Shown: in pieces, positions 1 to 6,131 of the stretch
Layout: each line of letters begins with the position of its first letter
Position numbering within the stretch: position 1 is the first letter of the stretch
NCBI GenBank assembly: GCA_021159445.1
Contig: JAGGRV010000409.1
Location: 1-35,823 of the forward strand
Source: Deltaproteobacteria bacterium
Lineage (GTDB): Bacteria > Desulfobacterota > Dissulfuribacteria > Dissulfuribacterales > UBA3076
Reading direction: 5' to 3'
DNA: 35,823 nucleotides
The notes under the pieces: generated by a model
What the model saw: only the letters and a program-made list of their open reading frames with translations
Told to the model about the DNA's origin: nothing
Database searches by the model: none
Translations under genes and position numbers: made by a program

Positions 1-103
1 CTGAAACACACACCACAACCAACACGCAAAGTATACGCTCGCGCATAGGCATATACTATGCGCGAGCGTATACTTTGCGTGTTGGTTGTGGTGTGTGTTT
101 CAG
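1..103. repeat. Terminal palindrome (candidate hairpin telomere): arms 1-46 and 58-103, spacer 47-57 AGGCATATACT
   Basis: The reverse complement of 1-46 (CTGAAACACACACCACAACCAACACGCAAAGTATACGCTCGCGCAT) equals 58-103 exactly. Only the 11-nt centre is asymmetric. Confidence 0.9.
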
Positions 104-189
104 TTGCGTGTTTGTTGCTATTGCTCGGCGCGGGCTTGCCTGCGGTGGTGGTGTTTGGGCACGGGCTTGTGTGACTCGGTCGGTATATA

Positions 190-288
190 CTGGGATACCG
201 ATAGAGAACGTCCGCACATTTACCACTGGTATGCCAATAGAGAGCGCTGGCACGCGCACTACTGGTATGCCAGTAAAGACCCGCGGCA
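190..288 (+). repeat. ITR-internal tandem repeats, about 3 units of 36 bp, each starting with a CTGGTATGCCAG-like 12-bp near-palindrome
   Basis: CTGGGATACCGA at 190, CTGGTATGCCAA at 226, CTGGTATGCCAG at 262, each followed by TAGAGA/TAAAGA. Mirrored in the right ITR. Confidence 0.8.
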
Positions 289-480
289 CTCGAAACGTTC
301 AAGTAACTACTCAGGGGGTTGCGGGGAGGGACGCGTCTTGAAACGTGCAAGGCACTACACACGCGGGTCCATAGCCCCACGCGACTCGAAACATTCAAGG
401 CACGTTACAGGCCGTCGACGACGCGGACACGACTCGAAACGTTCAAGGAACGAACGCCGAAACAACCGCGCGAGAGCCGG
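289..480 (+). repeat. ITR-internal tandem repeats, 4 units of 48 bp carrying CTCGAAACGTTCAAGG
   Basis: CTCGAAACGTTCAAG at 289, TCTTGAAACGTGCAAGG at 336, CTCGAAACATTCAAGG at 385, CTCGAAACGTTCAAGG at 433. Mirrored in the right ITR. Confidence 0.85.
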
Positions 481-487
481 CTAAACA

Positions 488-679
488 CTGGTATACCAGT
501 ATAGAGCAGGGAAACGCACACAAGCCGACACTAAACTGGTATGCCAGTATAGAGCAGGGGAACGTGCCAGAGTCAACAAAACACTGGTAGACCAGACTAG
601 AGCGCGGAGAGGCGGAAAAAGACAGAAAACACCGGTAGACCAGTAGAGAGCGGGGAGAGGATGGGGCACGATACTCACT
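488..679 (+). repeat. ITR-internal tandem repeats, 4 units of 48 bp: CTGGTATACCAG-type palindrome followed by TATAGAGCAGGG
   Basis: CTGGTATACCAG at 488 (perfect 12-bp palindrome), CTGGTATGCCAG at 536, CTGGTAGACCAG at 584, CCGGTAGACCAG at 632. Mirrored in the right ITR. Confidence 0.85.
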
Positions 680-800
680 CTGAAGTTTGGGGGAGGTTAA
701 GGCACGAAACACAACACGAAGACGCCGATAGGTTAAAACACAGTGAACTACGCGAAGAACAACAGCGGTAAAAACACAGGAAAAAAGTTTGGAGGGATTA
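659..800 (+). repeat. Left sub-terminal block of about 4 units of the 36-bp GGTT-N4-CACG repeat family
   Basis: Units start at 659 (GGATGGGGCACG), 695 (GGTTAAGGCACG), 731 (GGTTAAAACACA) and 767 (GGTAAAAACACA). Same consensus and orientation as the internal array 7872..8606. Confidence 0.7.
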
Positions 801-1043
801 TATTGTTTCTAGCTCGATTTTTATTGTGACTTTGACGCGTGCTTTCGCTCCGCACCTTGGACACTCTATTACGTCACCCTCAGATAGGATAGGCATTTCC
901 TTGTTTGTGTAGTCGATTACTGCACCACAACGTTTACACACAAGTTTCTCAACAACAAACCCTTCCCAGTAAAGCTCCCATAGTTTAAGTTCAATGTCCT
1001 TGCCATGCACCTCGCACTTGAACGTGTCGTCAGACACAGTCAC
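798..1043 (-). CDS. Small zinc-ribbon protein (two CxxC pairs)
   Basis: ORF 798..1097 carries CKRCG and CPRCG. The likely start is GTG at 1043, overlapping the upstream stop as GTGA and preceded by GGAGGTGGA. Confidence 0.5.
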   Translation of the reverse strand: MTVSDDTFKCEVHGKDIELKLWELYWEGFVVEKLVCKRCGAVIDYTNKEMPILSEGDVIECPRCGAKARVKVTIKIELETI

Positions 1044-1264
1044 TCCACCTCCTCGATTATCTTTACCTCGCACGGTTTCCCTTCCTCGTGATAACAATAA
1101 TGAAGCCTCGCTACGTATTTGCGTCCTGCAAAGAGAGGCTTCAGTTGCTGGTACAGTTGCATCGCCTGATCCTCGTCCCTAACCTCAACACGTATGAACT
1201 GCGGCTGTCTAGTGAACATTTCCTCCTCGCTAAGCAACTCCATGATTTCGAGGTAGAGCCTCAT
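1040..1264 (-). CDS. Hypothetical small acidic protein
   Basis: ORF 1040..1273. The ATG at 1264 lies 23 nt downstream of the TGGTATACCA palindrome and about 35 nt downstream of a TATA-like box. Confidence 0.5.
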   Translation of the reverse strand: MRLYLEIMELLSEEEMFTRQPQFIRVEVRDEDQAMQLYQQLKPLFAGRKYVARLHYCYHEEGKPCEVKIIEEVE

Positions 1265-1306
1265 AGGCGTCACCGTGCATAATCATTGGTATACCAGTTA
1301 ATATTG
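1265..1306 (-). promoter_or_regulatory. Promoter with a TATA-like box (AATATTAA, 1299-1306) directly followed by the palindrome TGGTATACCA (1287-1296)
   Basis: Sense-strand reading: AATATTAACTGGTATACCAATGATTATGCACGGTGACGCCTATG. The promoter at 7742..7790 has the same architecture. Confidence 0.5.
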
Positions 1307-2140
1307 CTAACCTAGCGGGAGCACAGACGCGACAGCCTCGAAAAGCTTCTTGACCTCTGCGTCTGTAAGTGGTTTAGAATAGTAGCGTGCTAGTGCTATG
1401 TACCCGTGGTACGCTCCCCAGCTACCGAGCCTCAATGGGTACCCACTTGGTACTTGATAAGTTGTTCCTCCAGCCTTTTCAGCCGCTAACTCTCCATCTA
1501 CATACAGCCTAACATAACTTCCATCATAGACACCGACTGCATGGTGCCAGTCCTCGGTAACTTCTTTATAAACTGTCACTTCGGCGTCATCGAAGTAAAC
1601 ACCGAACTGTAATTTAAGACTAGTCGCACCAAAGAACCGCAGGTACCAGCCCTTACCGTCTGGAGGTTCAGCGTAGTATGCCTTGTTAATAACTGCGTTA
1701 GTGTATGGGCCTCCGTGTGGTAGTACTGGTCGAAAAACTACCTCAACCGAGAAGGTTTCTGGGTTTAGCACTGAATTGTCAGGTACCTCAACATAGTCGT
1801 CCACACCGTCAAAGTAAAGCGCATAAACGCCGCTTTCCTGCGTCCACGTAGCGCCGTAGACCGTCCCGTGGTTATCGTACTTGCTAGAGTCGTGTGCTAT
1901 GTTCCCTGAACCCTCGTAGAAAGTTAGTTCAAGTACTAGGTCATCGGGAGGCACTACCTGCGCAGTTACTTCCATGACCTCTGGCAGTAGATACAGTATA
2001 TCGTCCACTGGTTTACCCACGAACGTCTTTGCCTCTAGGTCTATCCAGCCCCTGCTCCAGTACCTACCGCTAAAGGTGCGGTACTGTGTCGGGCTCCTCC
2101 TACTCGCGAGATACCTAAGCCTGTACTGCACCATACACAT
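1307..2140 (-). CDS. LamG / concanavalin-A-like lectin domain protein (candidate host-attachment protein)
   Basis: HDSSKYDNHGTVYGATW, ALYFDGVDDYVEVPD, TFSVEVVF and WHHAVGVYDGSYVRLYVDGEL match the Laminin_G_3-type signature. The ATG at 2140 shares its A with the upstream stop (TGATG). Confidence 0.7.
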   Translation of the reverse strand: MCMVQYRLRYLASRRSPTQYRTFSGRYWSRGWIDLEAKTFVGKPVDDILYLLPEVMEVTAQVVPPDDLVLELTFYEGSGNIAHDSSKYDNHGTVYGATWTQESGVYALYFDGVDDYVEVPDNSVLNPETFSVEVVFRPVLPHGGPYTNAVINKAYYAEPPDGKGWYLRFFGATSLKLQFGVYFDDAEVTVYKEVTEDWHHAVGVYDGSYVRLYVDGELAAEKAGGTTYQVPSGYPLRLGSWGAYHGYIALARYYSKPLTDAEVKKLFEAVASVLPLG

Positions 2141-2901
2141 CACCACGTGACTTCTAGAGCCTTTACCTCGCAATAAACCGTTACATCGCTCGTGAGCACG
2201 TCCGTGACAGTAAACACCACGGACGCCTTAGTGAGTAGGCCGTACCTGTTCAAGTCCGTCCACTCGCCAGTTAAGTCCGTCGCCGTTAGCTCGACTGTTT
2301 CGCCGTTGCGTTTGTAGAGCACGAGCTTGACGGAGACACCGCTAACGGTCTGGTACCAGACCCTAAGCAACATAACGTAGTTACCTGCGTTCTCAGGCTC
2401 TATATCGATAGAATATGATGTATCTATTGGCTCGTACGCGGGGATAGTTATCTCGTGCCTCGTGTGCTGTACGTCGACGAAGCCGAACTGTGTCAGGAAC
2501 GTGTAGGGGTCTGCTATCGAGACGCCCAACATCTTCGCTATGTCGACCATCGCGTCTTTGTCGAGTCCTAGCATCGCGAAGTAGTTGAAGATTGCGTTCG
2601 CGTGCTTGTTTACTGTCTCGCCCCCGTGGTGCTGGAGCACGTACCACAGGCGCTCGGCGAAGGAGACGTACTGCTGGGTCTTGGCGTACTCGTTCGGGTA
2701 CCTCTCCAGCACGCGCCTGACTATCGAGAGGATGTTGCTGAACTGAACCTGGTACTCCACCACGCGCTCCTTAGCGAGGGGCTTGACATTGTCGATGACC
2801 TCGCCTATGACGTCGCCGCGCATCTTAACGTCCCACATCCTGATCCTGCCAACAGGGGACTGGTCTATGGACCTCCTACGCCTCCTCCCCATCCGAACCA
2901 C
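2140..2901 (-). CDS. Capsid-protein paralogue: N-terminal domain homologous to the 124-aa protein at 5138..5512, fused to a beta-rich C-terminal domain
   Basis: VGRIRMWDVK...YVSFAERLWYVLQHHGGETVNKHANAIFNYFAMLGLDKDAMVDIAKML aligns without gaps to IDRIRKYEVK...LYLAFARKLYKHVSRTGGEAASKVASGLKSYFVTAYGADPAILDEIINVV. The N-terminus has a basic GRRRRRS arm. Confidence 0.6.
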   Translation of the reverse strand: MVRMGRRRRRSIDQSPVGRIRMWDVKMRGDVIGEVIDNVKPLAKERVVEYQVQFSNILSIVRRVLERYPNEYAKTQQYVSFAERLWYVLQHHGGETVNKHANAIFNYFAMLGLDKDAMVDIAKMLGVSIADPYTFLTQFGFVDVQHTRHEITIPAYEPIDTSYSIDIEPENAGNYVMLLRVWYQTVSGVSVKLVLYKRNGETVELTATDLTGEWTDLNRYGLLTKASVVFTVTDVLTSDVTVYCEVKALEVTW

Positions 2902-2906
2902 CCCAT

Positions 2907-3500
2907 TTACCTAGTTATTGTGATCTTGTACACGACACGCACCTTGTCCCCCGCCTTCGCACTTACAGGCGTCGACAGGACGTCCCTGAAGATCAGGAAA
3001 GCCGCCGACGACGGCACGAAGTCGCCGAGGGTCGGGTCGAACACCTGCGCGCTGCACATCAGCTTCGCACCTACCTCACTCACGTCCACGTTCGTGTCAA
3101 CAGGGATCACGCCAGTCACGACGAAGCTCATTTCTGTGTCGCCGAACGTGACGTCCTCTATGCTGGCGTCGGCGCACCCGATCTCGGCCTCTAGCTTGTA
3201 GTCGCTGTTTGAAGGCGCGGTCGTGCCCGTGCCTATGCAGACCCTAGTCTTGAAGTCGCCCCAGTACGCATAGTCCCAGCAGTCGACCGAGTTACCCGTG
3301 ACAACAATCGCTGACTGACCACTTTCCTCGGTCAAGCCTGAGACAGACTTCGTTGAGCCCTGCGCGACACTAAGAAGCACCACCTGGAAAAGCCTGATGA
3401 AGTTGTCGAGTGTCAGGTTGATCTCCTGCACGCGCCTGTCCCTAACCCTGTCACACGCGTCAAGAACCTCAACAACCAGGGTACCTGTCACGCGCGCCAT
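2907..3500 (-). CDS. Putative structural protein, paralogue A of a tandem pair
   Basis: Shares NLxLxNF, CWD, GTGTTAPxxxDxKL and FRDVLSxxxxxxAGDxxxVxYxIxIxR with the adjacent ORF 3507..4106. Confidence 0.6.
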   Translation of the reverse strand: MARVTGTLVVEVLDACDRVRDRRVQEINLTLDNFIRLFQVVLLSVAQGSTKSVSGLTEESGQSAIVVTGNSVDCWDYAYWGDFKTRVCIGTGTTAPSNSDYKLEAEIGCADASIEDVTFGDTEMSFVVTGVIPVDTNVDVSEVGAKLMCSAQVFDPTLGDFVPSSAAFLIFRDVLSTPVSAKAGDKVRVVYKITITR

Positions 3501-3506
3501 ACCCGA

Positions 3507-4106
3507 TCACCTCTGTATATTGATCTGGTAAGTAACCTCGATACGGTCACCCGCGTACACGTCAAGGCCATCCGAAAGCACGTCCCTAAAGAACAAGATC
3601 CTGTTAACCTCGTACGTGTCCGCCGTCGGCACATACGTCCCAGCCTCTAGCGAGAGCCCGATCTCCCAGACCGTGGCGTTGCTAGGTATGTCGATGTAGC
3701 CCCCTATCTTGATGTAGGGCGGGGACGCAGATAGGTCAACCTCTGTCACGTCGGCCGTGCCCTCCGCAAGCTTCGCATAGAGCTTGCAGTCTGTCGGTCC
3801 TGGCGCAGTGTTGTCCGTCCCGCACTCGACATAGTACTGCTTCGGCGCAAGCGAGCAGAAGTCCCAGCAACCAGGTGCGTTACCGATCATGAACTGACAC
3901 ACGTCACCGTCCTCGGCCGTGAAGCTCCCCACGTACGCGTACTGCCCCTTGTTGACGCCGCCGAACAACGTCCTCAGCAGGTACAGGAAGTTGTTGAGTA
4001 CGAGGTTTGCTGGCTGCTCCCTACGTTCCCTGAGCTTACCGTCGCGCGTATAAACCTCAACAATCACTTTCGACGTGATTTGGAGGCCTTTACCCATGGG
4101 GTTCAC
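3507..4106 (-). CDS. Putative structural protein, paralogue B of a tandem pair
   Basis: Collinear similarity to 2907..3500 over the full length (199 vs 197 aa). Confidence 0.6.
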   Translation of the reverse strand: MNPMGKGLQITSKVIVEVYTRDGKLRERREQPANLVLNNFLYLLRTLFGGVNKGQYAYVGSFTAEDGDVCQFMIGNAPGCWDFCSLAPKQYYVECGTDNTAPGPTDCKLYAKLAEGTADVTEVDLSASPPYIKIGGYIDIPSNATVWEIGLSLEAGTYVPTADTYEVNRILFFRDVLSDGLDVYAGDRIEVTYQINIQR

Positions 4107-4125
4107 CCCACGAAAGAGAATTGTT

Positions 4126-5070
4126 CTAGCTAGATAAAACCTTTGTCACGGTATAGGACACGCTAACGCCTGGGCCCTGCACACTAACGCCAGGGTACCT
4201 CACGCTCCCGCTAACACCCAGTGAAGGCCCAGACACGTCCACGCGCGGGTACCTGGTCTCGTACGCTATGCTAAGCGAGGGTCCAGAGACGTTGACTCGC
4301 CACCACATATGCAGTTCCAGGCCTACGGTAAGCGACGGGCCCGACACGTCGACACGCGGGTACCTCGTTGTCGGGGACACTGATATTATTGGTCCTGAGA
4401 CGTCGGCGCGCGGGTACCTGTAGGCGTAGGACACGGCTATTGAGGGGCCAGGCACCGACACCAGCCTATACACTATCGTGAGTAGCGAGACAGTAAACTT
4501 CGGGCCGGTCACGTCCGTGCGCGGGTACCTGAGCCAGGGACGTACGCGAAACCTCTTGATATATCCTAATTTATTATATTGTATATAGCTCTGCACCGAC
4601 ACCCTCACGTCTATGCCCGAAACGAACGCGAGCACGTGCTCAAGCGCGTCCGCAAGCTTCCTCAGGAACGTTATCTGGCTGTTCACGTCCTTCGCGGACA
4701 CGTAGTCGCCGTAGCTCACGTAACGCATGTTTACTGTCTCGCTACTGAGAGCGGAGTAGTCACTCCGTAGCCACGGCCTGGACAGTACAAGTCGGTAGAA
4801 CCAGTCGGTGACAGCCCTCGCGTTGTCGACCCTGTCGTTGTTGTCCTCTGGCAGGATCACGTCGATTAGGTTACGCACGCGCCTGAGCGTCTTAAGCTGA
4901 GGCGGGTCTAGCTTGGGCGGGAGCGAGTCGAAGAACTGCTTAACCACGTCCCAGGCCTCGGCGAGGATGTTGTGGTGCTGAGCGTCCACCACCTGCCCGT
5001 GCCTGACCTCACCCAACCTAGAAAGGACCTTGCGCAGTCGCTTAACGTGCTCGACAGACATCCCAAACAC
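4126..5070 (-). CDS. Repeat protein: helical N-terminal half plus 7 tandem repeats of R(YP)RVDVSGPSLxVS (15-22 aa) in the C-terminal half
   Basis: RYPRTDVTGPKF, RLVSVPGPSI, RYPRADVSGPII, RYPRVDVSGPSL, RVNVSGPSL, RYPRVDVSGPSL, RYPGVSVQGPGV. Repeats of CGCGGGTACCT are visible at the DNA level between 4190 and 4530. Confidence 0.65.
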   Translation of the reverse strand: MFGMSVEHVKRLRKVLSRLGEVRHGQVVDAQHHNILAEAWDVVKQFFDSLPPKLDPPQLKTLRRVRNLIDVILPEDNNDRVDNARAVTDWFYRLVLSRPWLRSDYSALSSETVNMRYVSYGDYVSAKDVNSQITFLRKLADALEHVLAFVSGIDVRVSVQSYIQYNKLGYIKRFRVRPWLRYPRTDVTGPKFTVSLLTIVYRLVSVPGPSIAVSYAYRYPRADVSGPIISVSPTTRYPRVDVSGPSLTVGLELHMWWRVNVSGPSLSIAYETRYPRVDVSGPSLGVSGSVRYPGVSVQGPGVSVSYTVTKVLSS

Positions 5071-5085
5071 CTAAGGAATGTGTGT

Positions 5086-5121
5086 AGGGAAAAAAGAGGG
5101 GTTTTTGAGAGGGGAAAAACC
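5086..5121 (-). terminator. Hairpin plus T-tract terminator downstream of the capsid gene
   Basis: Minus-strand reading: GGTTTTT-CCCCTCTC-AAAAACC followed by CCTCTTTTTTCCC. Confidence 0.5.
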
Positions 5122-5137
5122 TACCTAGCTAAGGGGG

Positions 5138-5512
5138 TTAGTACGGCACTGCGTAGCCGACGACAACGTTGATTATCTCGTCGAGGATCGCTGGGTCTGC
5201 GCCGTAGGCCGTCACAAAGTAGCTCTTGAGGCCGCTCGCGACCTTGGAAGCCGCCTCTCCGCCAGTCCTGCTAACGTGCTTGTACAGCTTCCTGGCGAAG
5301 GCCAGGTACAGAGCCTTCATCGTACCCGTGACACCGTACTTGTCCAGTATCGGCCTAACAAGGTCGTCTATGCCTGCGAACGTGATGAGACCCTCCTGAG
5401 CCCTCTCGATCGCCAGGTCCTTAACGTCGGTGAACCTGGTGCTGACGACGGTCGGGTTGAACTTGACCTCGTACTTCCTAATCCTGTCTATACCCTTCCT
5501 GTACATGGGCAT
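5138..5512 (-). CDS. Putative major capsid protein of the rudivirus/lipothrixvirus (SIRV2 P134-like) helical MCP family
   Basis: 124 aa. FNPTVVSTRFTDV and KYGVTGTMKALYLAFARKLYKHVSRTGGEAASKVASGLKSYFVTAYGADPAILDEIINVVVG resemble, from memory, the SIRV MCP pattern (FSNPTVASTILSNV ... YGITGPNRAIYQGFGLK...GGGPALVNMINGLKGYYISAFNANPQVLDAVVNIITG). It has its own terminator. Confidence 0.6.
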   Translation of the reverse strand: MPMYRKGIDRIRKYEVKFNPTVVSTRFTDVKDLAIERAQEGLITFAGIDDLVRPILDKYGVTGTMKALYLAFARKLYKHVSRTGGEAASKVASGLKSYFVTAYGADPAILDEIINVVVGYAVPY

Positions 5513-5608
5513 ACCCTACGACCCCCCAAACCTCTTTTCTTCGGTAAAGACCTAACCAAAGAGATTATTTATCCAAGAGTCGCAACGCACATTATGGAGG
5601 TGTTGACT

Positions 5609-5971
5609 ATGTCGGGTTCTTCCCCAGACACGAGAAAGAACGGTTCCAAACCCGAACACGACATGAAGCTGCTGCAGTACATCACGTTCGCGCTCCGCGA
5701 ACTCGAGATAGTAAACAAGTTCTTCCTGTACAGGACACGCAGGATAGCGCAGGCCGGGCTCCCGATCGTGGCAAGCACGTACATGTTCAGGGACGGCCCG
5801 AGCGTTTACCTTGTGTGCGCACTGCACTGTTTCCCGAGCAACGAGTCGCTCGCGCAGGTGATGAAGGAACTTGCCAAGCTCGAGCGCGTCGACAGGTACA
5901 GGATAAAGAAAGAACTTAACTTGGAAGAATTCGAGGAATATCTTTCGGAGGTGGAAGAGGATGGCGGTTGA
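5609..5971 (+). CDS. Hypothetical protein (120 aa)
   Basis: This is the C-terminal part of ORF 5276..5971. The ATG at 5609 is preceded by GGAGGTG. The upstream extension overlaps the capsid gene on the opposite strand. Confidence 0.55.
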   Translation: MSGSSPDTRKNGSKPEHDMKLLQYITFALRELEIVNKFFLYRTRRIAQAGLPIVASTYMFRDGPSVYLVCALHCFPSNESLAQVMKELAKLERVDRYRIKKELNLEEFEEYLSEVEEDGG

Positions 5972-6131
5972 GGCATATACCGTGATCCTCCCCAAGCCAG
6001 TCGCGGAGAAGCTGAAGCAGATAGCGGACAGGTACGGGCTAACAATAAACGATGTCTTCGCTATGGCGATTAAGGAGTTGCTGGAGAAAGAGGAGAAAAG
6101 AGAGGGAAAGAGGAGGGGGGTTAGGGCATGA
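5961..6131 (+). CDS. Ribbon-helix-helix (CopG/Arc-like) DNA-binding protein, 56 aa
   Basis: My own translation, below the ORF-track cutoff: MAVEAYTVILPKPVAEKLKQIADRYGLTINDVFAMAIKELLEKEEKREGKRRGVRA. It has a beta strand, helix, turn, helix layout. The stop overlaps the next start as ATGA. Confidence 0.6.
   Translation: MAVEAYTVILPKPVAEKLKQIADRYGLTINDVFAMAIKELLEKEEKREGKRRGVRA

Larger units (their letters stand above)
1..643. repeat. Left inverted terminal repeat (ITR), exact reverse complement of 35181..35823
   Basis: Position x pairs with 35824-x. I checked 1-110 and 600-643 base by base. Mirrored ORF-track translations are identical (56..289 vs 35535..35768, 86..484 vs 35340..35738, 319..504 vs 35320..35505). 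Identity breaks at 644 and degenerate similarity continues to about 790. Confidence 0.95.

Noticed and set aside
56-712. Six ORFs of 61-132 aa inside the left ITR (56..289, 75..341, 86..484, 319..504, 443..712, 481..678), plus their exact mirror images in the right ITR.
   Set aside because: They overlap each other on both strands and lie entirely in tandem-repeat DNA. Their translations are low-complexity and rich in R/C/T/G/P, and no SD or TATA context is evident. Their duplication is a trivial consequence of the ITR.
5276-5608. N-terminal extension of ORF 5276..5971, overlapping the capsid gene on the opposite strand.
   Set aside because: It is antisense to a well-supported gene. A good SD-ATG exists at 5609 in the intergenic region.
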